DNA of 64,000 bases from an uncultured bacterium (GTDB lineage: Bacteria; Abyssobacteria; SURF-5). The stretch spans positions 21,366 to 85,365 of the forward strand of contig CAZSKP010000013.1 of NCBI GenBank assembly GCA_964607485.1, read 5' to 3'. Both the position numbers and the translations under genes were made by a program. The notes beneath the pieces are model-generated. The model did no database searches. It had not been told where the DNA came from and was given only the letters and a program-made list of their open reading frames with translations. The first letter of the stretch is position 1, and each line of letters opens with the position of its first letter. Below are positions 1-9,530 of the stretch, piece after piece.

Positions 1-841
1 GGACATATCCGACCCGTCCTCGGGCGACATCGGCCAACGCTTCCGTCGCGAAGAATGACTTGAACAGCCCGACGAAATCTCTCCAGATACTTCCCATCGG
101 GGCGGTTTCGGGAAACCAGTCTGAACGCATGGCGGGTCGTGCTACGAACAGCAAAACCATCCATGGGAGAAACAGGACGACGCTCAGGCCGGTCCAGAAG
201 ACATATTTCAGATACCATCTCAAACGCCCCGTCGCTCCAGTCCATGACGCCAGCGCGAATATGGCCGCCAGAGTCGTCACGGCCAAATAGAGCGTGTACA
301 GGCTGCACAGCAAACATAGAGAATAGAGCACCCACCATCGTGTCTTGTCCTCTTCTGAGACGCGGAAGAAATAATAAATAGAGCCCAACGTGAAAAACAA
401 GAAGAGCGGATACGGGCGAGCTGTCTGAGCATAGACGAGCAGATAATTCGAGCCGGCGAAAAAGAGCAAAGCATAAACGGCGGTGTTCCAATCGAAATAC
501 TTTCTTGCCAGCTTCCACAGAAAAACGGCGGCGGCGAGGTTGAAGAAGACCGAAAGAAGGCGGAGCGCGTAATCGGAATCTCCGAAACATTTGGAGTGCA
601 ATTTCAGGAGCCAGTAGTAAAGCAGCGGGACATGGTCGAGCAAAGACATCTTTGCTATGACGAAAAAGGGCTGTTCAGCGCAATAGGACGAAATAGCCTC
701 GTCCAACCAGAAGCACTTCGCGCCAAGATTATGCAGAGTGACCGCCCCGATGGCGAGAAAGCAGACGGATACTCCGCAGGCCCGGATCATCTTCGTTCGG
801 TCAATCATCAGGGATGGGATGAGGCGCTCACCTGGAATCAT
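1..841 (-). CDS. GT-C fold membrane glycosyltransferase (ArnT/PMT_2-like), 3' end runs off the window
   Basis: Not in the ORF track; translated by hand from ATG 841 (alternative ATG 808): LHNLGAKCFWLDEAIS..DHVPLLYYWLL..ALRLLSVFF..YAQTARPYPL. WxDE, HxPLYY-like and ARxY motifs with many TM segments; frame is open to position 1. Confidence 0.8.
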   Translation of the reverse strand, partial: MIPGERLIPSLMIDRTKMIRACGVSVCFLAIGAVTLHNLGAKCFWLDEAISSYCAEQPFFVIAKMSLLDHVPLLYYWLLKLHSKCFGDSDYALRLLSVFFNLAAAVFLWKLARKYFDWNTAVYALLFFAGSNYLLVYAQTARPYPLFLFFTLGSIYYFFRVSEEDKTRWWVLYSLCLLCSLYTLYLAVTTLAAIFALASWTGATGRLRWYLKYVFWTGLSVVLFLPWMVLLFVARPAMRSDWFPETAPMGSIWRDFVGLFKSFFATEALADVARGRVGYV

Positions 842-1112
842 ATCGACAACCGATCTCGCCTCTCATGTCGAGCGTGAATGTAAACGGCCGCCACGGTCGC
901 AATCGCGGCATGACATGTTTGATATTAGCGTCAGCGGGCTCCCGCTGTCAACAAACAGCACGACGAATCCGACCCGCTTGGCGCTCTGTCAGTTGTCTCT
1001 GAAAAGGAAGCCGCCCACAAATGGCGTTTCCAGAAGGGTTTCAGCGGTTGACAGGTTTCGCGAAGCGATGGTATCATCTCAAAGACGATCGAAGGAGGGA
1101 ACCACAGAGTTG

Positions 1113-2513
1113 ATGCCCCTGCCGAACCATGCAAGAATAGTCTTGCTCAATCCGCCCGGGAAGCGTCTTTACGTAAGGGATTACTATTGCAGCAAGACTT
1201 CTAAGACGAACTACCTTTTCTCGCCCTGCGACCTGTTGATGCTAAGCGGCAGACTGGCGGAAAGATATGACGTTCGTTTCATCGATTGCATCGCCGACCG
1301 GTTCAACGAGGAGGAGTGCCTTGCAGAGCTTTCGGCGATTGACCCTCATGCCGTCCTGTTTCTCGCCGGAGCTGTGTCGTGGGAGGAGGACGCGGCATTC
1401 CTGGAAAGACTGAGAACGCGTTTGCCCGATGCGCTTCTCATCGGAACCGGAGACATCTTCCTCGAAGAAGGCGATAAACTGCTCGCGCGACATCCGACCA
1501 TCGACGCGGCGCTGCTCGATTTCTCGACCGACGATGTTGTCAAGTATCTCGACGGCGATGCCGAGTACAACATGGTCATAAGGGAGGATGGCGGGGTCCG
1601 CGCTTTGCCTGTGAGGCGAGGCTCTTACGAAAAATTTTCTCTCCCGATCCCGCGCCAGGAGATGTTCGTGAGGCGCGCGTACCGATTGCCCTTCCTGGGC
1701 CGCCCCTTCGCGACAGTTCTCACCGACTTCGGCTGTCCCTTCAAGTGTTCGTTCTGTGTGATGAGCACGCTTGGGTACCGGTACCGGGATACGGCGAACA
1801 TACTGGAAGAACTCTCGCTCATTCGTTCACTCGGAATCAGGAACATATTCTTCATAGACCAGACGTTTCGTCCGAGGCGTTCGGACAATTTGCAGCTATG
1901 TCGGGAGATGATAGAGGGCGGGTTCGGATTCAAGTGGATATGTTACTCGCGCGTGGACGTTGTCGATGAGGGTATCCTTATTGGAATGAAAGAGGCGGGC
2001 TGTCACACGATAATGTTCGGCGTCGAGAGTGGCAGCGCGGAGATGCTGTCGTTGTACATGAAGGGTTATACGCTCGAGAAGATTCGTGAGACCTTCGCTC
2101 TGTGCAGGAGATTGGGCCTTCGCACGGTGGCAACTTTCATAATCGGGCTGCCCGAAGACACCGAACAGAGCTGTCGAGAGACGATCGACCTCGCATGCTC
2201 GCTCGACTGTGATTACGCCTCGTTCAACTTCGCGGTGCCCAGAGCGAGAACCGGCCTGCGCAGCCATGCTGTGGAGACGGGACTCATCAACGCCGACATC
2301 TCGACCATGGATCAGTCGGGTTCGTTCATCTCGATGCCAACCCTCACGCTCGACACCGAACGGTTGCAGCAACTGAGGAAACTCGCCATCAGGAAGTACT
2401 ATTTGCGGCCGAGGTACCTCTTGAAACGACTCTCGGGATTGTCGTCTCCGCAGGAACTGCGCGAGATGCTGTATGCGGGCGTATCGCTCTTCAAGAACCT
2501 GCGCGACCGGTAG
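1113..2513 (+). CDS. B12-binding-domain radical SAM protein (BchE/HpnJ-like class B)
   Basis: LLNPP N-terminus, GCPFKCSFC (CxxxCxxC), FIDQTF, FGVESGS, FIIGLPEDT. Start moved from 738 to TTG1110/ATG1113, which follows an AAGGAGG RBS. Confidence 0.85.
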   Translation: MPLPNHARIVLLNPPGKRLYVRDYYCSKTSKTNYLFSPCDLLMLSGRLAERYDVRFIDCIADRFNEEECLAELSAIDPHAVLFLAGAVSWEEDAAFLERLRTRLPDALLIGTGDIFLEEGDKLLARHPTIDAALLDFSTDDVVKYLDGDAEYNMVIREDGGVRALPVRRGSYEKFSLPIPRQEMFVRRAYRLPFLGRPFATVLTDFGCPFKCSFCVMSTLGYRYRDTANILEELSLIRSLGIRNIFFIDQTFRPRRSDNLQLCREMIEGGFGFKWICYSRVDVVDEGILIGMKEAGCHTIMFGVESGSAEMLSLYMKGYTLEKIRETFALCRRLGLRTVATFIIGLPEDTEQSCRETIDLACSLDCDYASFNFAVPRARTGLRSHAVETGLINADISTMDQSGSFISMPTLTLDTERLQQLRKLAIRKYYLRPRYLLKRLSGLSSPQELREMLYAGVSLFKNLRDR

Positions 2514-2540
2514 ATAGGCAAAGCGTTCCTTTTTATTTGG

Positions 2541-4073
2541 ATGAAGAATTCGAGTTTGAAGACGCAGACTTCTGTCGCGACCTTTCTCTTCGGCAAAGCA
2601 TTCACCGTCATCATAGTCTTTGTTGTCCTCTTGTGGCTCTACATTCCGTCGCTCGATTTCCACTTCTTTTTAGACGACTATGGGCTCTTGCATTCGGGCC
2701 ATGTAGATTCCGTGAGCGGTTTCTTCAGGAGCTTTCATCCCGTGCGGCTGGGCGTGGACGAGTTTGTGCCCTTTTACCGGCCCCTGAGCCAGGTGATTTA
2801 TTTCTGGCTCATGCAGCTTATCGTCGGGTGGAATCCGCTCTACTATCACTTCATTGGTCTTGTCATGCTGGGCCTCATCTCGTTCACCGTTTACCTGATA
2901 ACGACTCATCTGAGCGAGGACGCGCTCGCCGGTTTCTTCGGAGCGATTCTGTTTGCCGTATGCACGACTCACGGCATCACCCAGCTATGGATATCCCTGA
3001 CGCAGGATTTGATCGTGGTGTTCTTGATGGCCACGTCATTTTACGTCTACCTCCTGTCGTTGCAGAAGGGAAAAGCCCTGCATCGGGCCGCCTCGGCCGC
3101 TCTTTTCGTGCTGGCGCTGTTGTCTATGGAGCACGCGATCATTCTTCCCGGCCTGCTCCTTCTGGTGGAGCTCGTCTATTCAAGGCCGAAAGACATGGAG
3201 GAGACCAAGCGGCTGGTTGCGCGACTGCTCCCGTTTGCGCTTATTGCGCTGGCTTACTTGGTTTTCAGGATGGCATACATCGACCTTCCCCGGTCCGGTT
3301 CTTACAAAGTAGCCATTGGACTGTTCGCCCTGAGAAACCTCGGGCGCTATCTCCTCATTGCGTCAAACAGCTTCCTTGCAGGTGTCCTCGGCGTGCCCTC
3401 GATGGACACGCTGCTAAAGGGTGGCGCCGATCAGGGAGGAAGTTGGGGAGTGGCTTGGGTCAAATTTTCCGTCGTTGTTATTGGGATGACTTGGCTTGCC
3501 TGGCGATACCAATGGCGGCTCAAGCGGGAAGCCTTATTCGCTCTCGGATGGTTCGGAATCTCGATGCTGCCCGTCCTTTTTCTGCCCCATCACTTCTACC
3601 TTTACTACCTGCTTTCCGCAAGCGTGGGCTTTGTGTTCCTGGTTGCCAGGTGGCTGTCGAGCGCCGTCGGCACGCTCAATGCACGAAGCCGCCCGCTGGG
3701 TCTGACAGTATGCCTCGTCTGGCTCGGCGCGTCCCTCGTGCATTCGACCGTGGTGGTACGGGGTGAACAGGCCGCGCTGCGAGTCGTATCGCTCAGTATG
3801 TATAGCATAGAAGAACAGCTCCTCCACCAGGTCCCCCATCCTGCCGACGGCAGCGGCTTTGTCTTTATGGGAAACTACGGTTTCGGCTGGTGGAGACACC
3901 TCTCGCCCGCAATAAGGGTCATTTACGGTAATCCCACACTGAATGCCACCACCTTAGAGAACGGACAGATTCCCGACTACGTCATGAAGTCCCCCGACCC
4001 GATTTACCTTGTCAATGTCCGCGATGGTATCGTCAGCGTGACCACTTTGAACCGAAACCCCTCCCGACACTAG
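2541..4073 (+). CDS. Multi-pass membrane protein, probable GT-C glycosyltransferase
   Basis: FFLDDY acidic motif after TM1, FYRPL, ALLSMEHAI (KE-like), roughly 11-12 hydrophobic segments and a soluble C-terminal tail. Confidence 0.65.
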   Translation: MKNSSLKTQTSVATFLFGKAFTVIIVFVVLLWLYIPSLDFHFFLDDYGLLHSGHVDSVSGFFRSFHPVRLGVDEFVPFYRPLSQVIYFWLMQLIVGWNPLYYHFIGLVMLGLISFTVYLITTHLSEDALAGFFGAILFAVCTTHGITQLWISLTQDLIVVFLMATSFYVYLLSLQKGKALHRAASAALFVLALLSMEHAIILPGLLLLVELVYSRPKDMEETKRLVARLLPFALIALAYLVFRMAYIDLPRSGSYKVAIGLFALRNLGRYLLIASNSFLAGVLGVPSMDTLLKGGADQGGSWGVAWVKFSVVVIGMTWLAWRYQWRLKREALFALGWFGISMLPVLFLPHHFYLYYLLSASVGFVFLVARWLSSAVGTLNARSRPLGLTVCLVWLGASLVHSTVVVRGEQAALRVVSLSMYSIEEQLLHQVPHPADGSGFVFMGNYGFGWWRHLSPAIRVIYGNPTLNATTLENGQIPDYVMKSPDPIYLVNVRDGIVSVTTLNRNPSRH

Positions 4074-4127
4074 GTCGGTCTCGCTCCGACCCTGAAGCAT
4101 AAGAGGAGAAACTTCAGACTTCGGCCT

Positions 4128-4157
4128 TTGCCATTTGCCGAGCCGCTCTGATATAAT
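4128..4157 (+). promoter_or_regulatory. Sigma70-type promoter for the UxaA-family gene
   Basis: TTGCCA-18 nt-TATAAT with extended -10 TG. Confidence 0.6.
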
Positions 4158-4249
4158 CGCGCATGCCCTGTTAGGAGCGTTTTTCTCCGCTTTGGGCGAG
4201 TGAGAATCAACCGAAATCACGAGATAGAATCCTGTGGAGGGAATGTCAC

Positions 4250-5401
4250 ATGGAATTTATGGGATACAAGCGTGAAGACGGCGGGTTTGGCGCGCGAAAC
4301 CACGTCGTCGTCATGTCATCGGTCGCCTGCGCGAACGGCGTGGTCGAGGCGATAGGCCGCGCGCTTCCCGAGGCTGTGACGGTCATACATGGCTACGGAT
4401 GCGGTTACGGACCCGAGGACATCGGCGTGAGCCTCCGCGCGCTTGTGGGATTTCTGAATAATCCGAACGTCGGCGCCGCGCTGGTCATAGGGTTGGGCTG
4501 CGAGGCGCTCAGGAGCGACTTTCTCACGCAATCGACTCATGGCAAACCTGCGGAGACTCTTGTGATTCAGGAAGCCGGAGGAAGCGCCGCCACTACCGAG
4601 AAGGGCATCGAAATCGCCCGGAAGTTCCTGGAGCAGCTCAAGTCGCAGGAGCGGGTGCCGGCTCCCGTGAGCGAGCTGATAGTGGCTCTTGAATGCGGCG
4701 GGTCGGATGCTCTGTCGGGTGTGACGGCAAATCCTGCTGTCGGCGCGGCCGCCGATCGCTTCGTGCGCGAGGGCGCCACGGTGATTCTCGCCGAGACGAC
4801 CGAGATGATAGGCACCGCCCACATACTCAAGCGACGTTGCGCCACACCCGAGCTGGGCGAGCAGGTGGAGCGCCTTGTGAACGAGCACGAGAAGCACGTG
4901 CGCGCCTCGCTGGGCGAGTTGGCGGGCATGGTGATAGCCCCGGGCAATATCGACGGAGGGCTCTCATCCATAACCGAAAAATCGCTCGGGTGCATCATGA
5001 AGGGCGGCACGACGCCCATAACTGAAATGCTCGAGTATGCGGGCCGCCCCTCGAAACGCGGGCTGGTCATCATGGACACGCCGGGCTATGATATCGATTC
5101 GATGGCCGGCATGGCGGCGGCGGGAGCGCAGATGGTCCTGTTCACGACAGGCCGCGGCTCGACGGCCGGGTTTCCGGCGATTCCTGTCATAAAGATTGCA
5201 AGCAATTCGCGGACATATAAGAAGATGCCGGGCGATATGGACGTGAACGCCGGCTCGATAACGGATGACGGCAAGACAATCGACGAAGTCGGTCAAGAGA
5301 TTTTCGACCTGTCCATCGAGGTCGCAGGCGGCAAGAGAACCTGCGCCGAGCTCAACAGGTCGGCGCCGTTCAACTACCTGAAGCAGGGGCCCACGTTCTA
5401 G
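4250..5401 (+). CDS. UxaA family dehydratase/lyase, beta-subunit type (altronate/galactarate dehydratase or SuyB-like), no SAF domain
   Basis: GYxRxDGxxGxRNHV start, SSVACAN, HGYGCG, LGCE, LECGGSD, ANPAVG, ETTE, PGNxxGGLSSITEKSLG, FTTGRG; GGAGG RBS. Confidence 0.9.
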   Translation: MEFMGYKREDGGFGARNHVVVMSSVACANGVVEAIGRALPEAVTVIHGYGCGYGPEDIGVSLRALVGFLNNPNVGAALVIGLGCEALRSDFLTQSTHGKPAETLVIQEAGGSAATTEKGIEIARKFLEQLKSQERVPAPVSELIVALECGGSDALSGVTANPAVGAAADRFVREGATVILAETTEMIGTAHILKRRCATPELGEQVERLVNEHEKHVRASLGELAGMVIAPGNIDGGLSSITEKSLGCIMKGGTTPITEMLEYAGRPSKRGLVIMDTPGYDIDSMAGMAAAGAQMVLFTTGRGSTAGFPAIPVIKIASNSRTYKKMPGDMDVNAGSITDDGKTIDEVGQEIFDLSIEVAGGKRTCAELNRSAPFNYLKQGPTF

Positions 5402-5409
5402 CGTCGGCG

Positions 5410-6276
5410 TTATGTGGACCGATATTTCTGTTCCAGTTCATCATATGCTGTTGCACCGATGAACTGGTTGAACTGCATAAAGGCTGCGAGAAAATCGGCG
5501 AATTGCCTCGGTTGTCCCGTCTCCTTCAACTCGCCGAGGACGTCCATGTTCGCCTGGATGGTTGCGGCGAGACAAACGGCGGGGAAGATGGCGATGGCGA
5601 ATCCCATCTTCTCAAGCTGGGCGGCGGGCAGGCTCGGAGTGCGCGGCGCCATGTTGATCAGGCAGGGGACGTTGAAGAGCTTGGGAATCTGCTCCATCTG
5701 CTCCACTGTTTCCGGTGCCTCGACGAACATGATGTCGGCGCCGGCTTCGACGTAGGCGCGGCCGCGCTCGATTGCGGCGTCCCATCCCTCGACGGCAAGG
5801 GCGTCGGTGCGGGCGATGACGAGGAAATCGTCGCTCGTTCTGCTGTCTGTGGCGGCTTTGATCTTCGCCGCCATCTCATCTGCGGGTATCACCTGTTTGC
5901 CGCTCATGTGGCCGCAGCGCTTGGGCCAGACCTGGTCTTCGATGTGAATCGCGGCGGCGCCCGCCTTCTCGTATTCCCTGACCGTGCGGACGACGTTGAT
6001 GGGGTTGCCGTAGCCGGTGTCGGCGTCGGCGATGAGCGGGATTTCGACCGAGTCGGCAATGGCCCGCGCATTCGCGAGCATTTCGGTCATCGTCAGGAGA
6101 CCGATGTCGGGCAGGCCAAGCGTGGCGGCGGCGGTTCCGTACCCGGTCATGTAGACGGCCTCAAAGCCCACGCCCTCGACCAGTTTTGCAGTGAGGGCGT
6201 TGTATGCGCCCGGGGCCAGTATCAGCCTTTTGTGTGATAGCAGTTCCGTGAGCCTGTTGCCTGCGCCCATTCTCAC
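5410..6276 (-). CDS. Isocitrate lyase/PEP mutase family C-C lyase (2,3-dimethylmalate lyase / 2-methylisocitrate lyase-like)
   Basis: APGAYN, YMTGYG, LGLPDIG, DADTGYG, IEDQVWPKRCGH, ARTDA. Start is GTG6276 or ATG6270. Confidence 0.9.
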   Translation of the reverse strand: MRMGAGNRLTELLSHKRLILAPGAYNALTAKLVEGVGFEAVYMTGYGTAAATLGLPDIGLLTMTEMLANARAIADSVEIPLIADADTGYGNPINVVRTVREYEKAGAAAIHIEDQVWPKRCGHMSGKQVIPADEMAAKIKAATDSRTSDDFLVIARTDALAVEGWDAAIERGRAYVEAGADIMFVEAPETVEQMEQIPKLFNVPCLINMAPRTPSLPAAQLEKMGFAIAIFPAVCLAATIQANMDVLGELKETGQPRQFADFLAAFMQFNQFIGATAYDELEQKYRST

Positions 6277-6764
6277 TTCTCCGCGAGGAGCTTCATGATG
6301 CCGCCCCTCTTGAGCGAGGTGAGCATCATCTCGTTCAGAGGCACTCCCTCGAATGATTTTTCTGTTGTGAGATTCGTCGCGCGCGCGGCGTCGAAGTCCA
6401 CCTCGATCTCGTCGCCTTTGTTCGTTTCTGCGGCGATATGGGGACAGACGAGCACGGGGAGCCCGATGGCGATGGCGTTGCGGAAGAATATGCGGGCGAA
6501 CGATTGGGCGACGACAGCGGCCACGCCCAGGTGTTTCAACGCCTCCGGCGCGGTCTCGCGGCTGGAGCCGCAGCCGAAGTTCGACCCCGCCACGATGATT
6601 CCGCCGGGCTTGAATTCTTTCGCAAATTCGGGAGCGATGGGTTCGAACGCGTGCAGGCTCATCTCCTCGATGGGAAGGTGCATGTATTGACCGGGAGTAA
6701 TCTGGTCGGTATCGACATTATCGCCGAATGTCCAGGCCGGCCCTTTCACTTTCAAATTCTCCAT
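6273..6764 (-). CDS. LeuD/HacB/DmdB family dehydratase small subunit
   Basis: FGDNVDTDQITPG, NFGCGSSRETAP, SFARIFFRNAIAIGLP. Confidence 0.92.
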   Translation of the reverse strand: MENLKVKGPAWTFGDNVDTDQITPGQYMHLPIEEMSLHAFEPIAPEFAKEFKPGGIIVAGSNFGCGSSRETAPEALKHLGVAAVVAQSFARIFFRNAIAIGLPVLVCPHIAAETNKGDEIEVDFDAARATNLTTEKSFEGVPLNEMMLTSLKRGGIMKLLAEK

Positions 6765-6768
6765 TCGC

Positions 6769-8043
6769 TCACACCTCCCTCGGGTCGGTGATGACGCCTT
6801 TGAGGGCCGAGGCCGCGACGGTGGCGGGCGAGGCCAGATAGATGTCGGCTCCCGCGCTGCCCATGCGTCCCTTGAAGTTCCGGTTGGTTGACGAGATGCA
6901 CGTCTCTCCCGGAGCGAGCAGGCCCGTATGCGCGCCGAAGCAGGGGCCGCAGTTCGGATTGCAGATCACGGCTCCTGCCTCCGAAATGGTCTTGAGCAGG
7001 CCCGCCTCCATTGCTTTCAGATAGACCTCGCGGGAGGCCGGATACACATATAACCGGGTGAACGACGGAATCGCGCCGCCCTTCAGTATCTCGGCGGCGA
7101 CCTCCAAGTCCTCGTACCGGCCGTTCGTGCAAGAGCCGAGAACCGCCTGGTGCACCGGCGTGCCCTGAACTTCGCCGATGGGTTTCACATTGCCGACGGA
7201 ATGGGGGCAGGCCACCTGCGGCTTCAAATTCGATATGTCGAGCTCGTACGTCGCCTCATAGTGAGCGTCGGGGTCCGCTGCGACGGCCGCGGCTGCGCCC
7301 TCGGCCTCGCCGAGAGGCGGGCCGTCTCCCCGCCCTTTCAGGTATGCCAGCGTTTTCTTATCTACGTTGAAGAACCCGAACTTTGCGCCGACTTCCACCG
7401 CCATGTTGCTGATGGTCATCCGACTCTCGACGCTGAGCGCCTCCGAGGCATCGCCCGCGAATTCGATCGACTTGTATTGGGCCACCTCTGTGCCGTATTT
7501 CCCGGCGATGTGAAGGATGACATCCTTCGAGGCGACGCGGCGGGGGAGACGTCCCGTCAAGACGAACCGGATGGTCTCGGGCACCATGAACCACAGTTCG
7601 CCCCGGGCCAGCACGTAAGCCATCTCGGTCGTCCCGATGCCCGTTCCCGCAGCCCCCAACGCCCCATAGGTGCAGGTATGCGAGTCGGTGCCCACTATCA
7701 ACGCGCCGGGCCGCGCGTGTCCCTTTTCCATCATCACCTGATGGCAGATGCCCTCGCGCTCGCCGTAGTATTGCTTTATGCCCGACGATTGGATGATGTT
7801 GCGAATCATCATCTGCGCGGCGGCCATCCGCTCGGTGGGCGCGGGGATGTAGTGGTCGAACAGGACGACGACCTTTTGCGCGTCCCACACCTCGCTCACG
7901 CCCGCGCTCATGAGCTGCATCCAGCTCAGGCCGAACGCTTCGTGCAGCATCGCGCAGTCGATGGGCGCTATGACATACTCGCCGGGCCGCACCTGCCGCC
8001 CGACCTTATTCGAAAAAACCTTCTCGGCAATCGTCTGCCCCAT
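6769..8043 (-). CDS. LeuC/HacA/DmdA family [4Fe-4S] dehydratase large subunit
   Basis: MGQTIAEK, DH, GICHQ, DSHTCTYGALG, GSCTNGR, CGPCFG, TNRNFKGRMG. Confidence 0.93.
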   Translation of the reverse strand: MGQTIAEKVFSNKVGRQVRPGEYVIAPIDCAMLHEAFGLSWMQLMSAGVSEVWDAQKVVVLFDHYIPAPTERMAAAQMMIRNIIQSSGIKQYYGEREGICHQVMMEKGHARPGALIVGTDSHTCTYGALGAAGTGIGTTEMAYVLARGELWFMVPETIRFVLTGRLPRRVASKDVILHIAGKYGTEVAQYKSIEFAGDASEALSVESRMTISNMAVEVGAKFGFFNVDKKTLAYLKGRGDGPPLGEAEGAAAAVAADPDAHYEATYELDISNLKPQVACPHSVGNVKPIGEVQGTPVHQAVLGSCTNGRYEDLEVAAEILKGGAIPSFTRLYVYPASREVYLKAMEAGLLKTISEAGAVICNPNCGPCFGAHTGLLAPGETCISSTNRNFKGRMGSAGADIYLASPATVAASALKGVITDPREV

Positions 8044-8058
8044 CGCGCTTCCTCCATC

Positions 8059-9084
8059 TTATCCGTGCCGTTTCATGAAATCGGTGAAGATTGCCAGATT
8101 CTCCTTGAGCAGGTCGGGAATCGGCAGTTCGTAGGGGCACTTCTCGACGCATTCCTGACACTCGCCGCAGTTCTCGACGCTCTTCATCGCGGCGTCGGCA
8201 AACGCGATCGCGGCGGCGGGCGCAAGCCGCTTTGAGAACGACGGGAAGCCCAGGACGCCGGGGATCATCACGCCTTTCTCGCACGGCATGCAGTATTCGC
8301 AGCGGTGGCAGAACTTCGTGCCGAGGTCGAGACGTATCTTCTCGATGTCCCTGCGGTCGTCTTCGTCGAGCGGCTTTGGCGAGCGGTAGAGCTCGATGAT
8401 CTCGTCCAACTCCTCGCGCGCTTGGATGCCGGGGATGGGCACGACGTTGGGATACTGTTGCAGGAAGCGGAAGCAGAGGTCGGCCCGCTCGAGCAGGCCG
8501 CCGCCGAGCGGCTTCATGCCGATTATCCCCATGCTTTGCTCCTCGGCCACCTTGAACAGCTCATCGGCGGGGTCGCGCTCGATGAAGTTGAACGGAAACT
8601 GCAGGGTCTCGAACAGGCCGGTCCGGCAGGCCTTGATCGCGGTGGAAATGCTGTGAGAGCTGAAGCCGATGTGCTCGATTTTCCTCTCGGCGCGTGCCTT
8701 CGCGAGCGCCTCGTACGCCCCGCCGGGGGCAAGCACCGCATCGAGCGCTTCGTCGTTTGCCAGGTTGTGAAACTGATAAAGATCGATGCGGCTGGTCTTG
8801 AGATTCTGGAGGCTGTAGTCAACGTGGTCGGCCGCCGTTTCGGCGTCGCGGGCGAGCGTTTTGGTGGCGAAGACGACCTTGTTCCTGACCCCTTCCAGCG
8901 CGTCTCCGATCTTCTTCTCGCTGTTGCCGTACATGTTGGCCGTGTCGAAGAATGTTATGCCCGCCTCGAAGCAGCTCCGAACCACTTCGACCGCGTCTTC
9001 GAAGCCGAGCCGAATTATCGGTATGCCGCCGAATCCCAATTCCGACACTTTCAATCCCGTTTTTCCAAGCGTTACGGTTCTCAT
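8059..9084 (-). CDS. Aldo/keto reductase with C-terminal 4Fe-4S dicluster
   Basis: LGKTGLKVSELGFGG, DTANMY, IDLYQFH, MKPLGGG, CHRCEYCMPC and CGECQECVEKCP. ATG9084 follows a GGAGG RBS. Confidence 0.9.
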   Translation of the reverse strand: MRTVTLGKTGLKVSELGFGGIPIIRLGFEDAVEVVRSCFEAGITFFDTANMYGNSEKKIGDALEGVRNKVVFATKTLARDAETAADHVDYSLQNLKTSRIDLYQFHNLANDEALDAVLAPGGAYEALAKARAERKIEHIGFSSHSISTAIKACRTGLFETLQFPFNFIERDPADELFKVAEEQSMGIIGMKPLGGGLLERADLCFRFLQQYPNVVPIPGIQAREELDEIIELYRSPKPLDEDDRRDIEKIRLDLGTKFCHRCEYCMPCEKGVMIPGVLGFPSFSKRLAPAAAIAFADAAMKSVENCGECQECVEKCPYELPIPDLLKENLAIFTDFMKRHG

Positions 9085-9220
9085 TGTGTACCTCCAAAGT
9101 TCCTGAAACTTACCACTGAGGGCTATCATATTCCGTCAGCGGACCTAAGTCAAACGAAATTTCTGCCTTGAAAACGCAAAAATATACTCTTTGCCTTATG
9201 CTCAACGGATTATTTTTGTA

Positions 9221-9250
9221 TTGACAATCGTATAGGCTATATGTTATAAA
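9221..9250 (+). promoter_or_regulatory. Strong sigma70-type promoter
   Basis: TTGACA-18 nt-TATAAA with extended -10 TG, in an AT-rich context. Confidence 0.7.
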
Positions 9251-9256
9251 ATATGC

Positions 9257-9530
9257 TGTAGGGAAAGGAGCCTTCCAGCAAGCTGCCTTCCATGCATAAC
9301 CAAGAAGATCCCTGATTCGTTGTGCCGCTGGCATCCTGCGACAGGATTGTACGTGGGATGTTCAGCAGGAGTTGTTGTGGCTATCCGAGGAGTTCCGTGG
9401 TCCAGGCATATGGGTTGTTCGGAGCTAACGAGGAGTGAACTATAGATAAAAGGCAAGGGTCACCACTCGAACCCTGGCAAGAGTAAGTGGTAACCCTCCG
9501 GCGAGGAAAAGGAAGTTTTCCCTTGCTCAC
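9257..9530 (+). ncRNA. Candidate structured sRNA or long 5' leader (unassigned)
   Basis: Lies directly after a strong promoter with no credible + strand ORF until 9728; seven AGGA motifs and several hairpins. Not recognised as a known family. Confidence 0.3.

Noticed and set aside
738-1112. N-terminal 125 aa extension of the radical SAM ORF
   Set aside because: It overlaps the divergent GT-C gene start, has non-protein-like composition, and a clear RBS precedes 1110/1113.
6273-8043. Assigning the leuC/leuD symbols
   Set aside because: No leuA/leuB is adjacent and the genes are coupled to a lyase; specificity cannot be determined from motifs.
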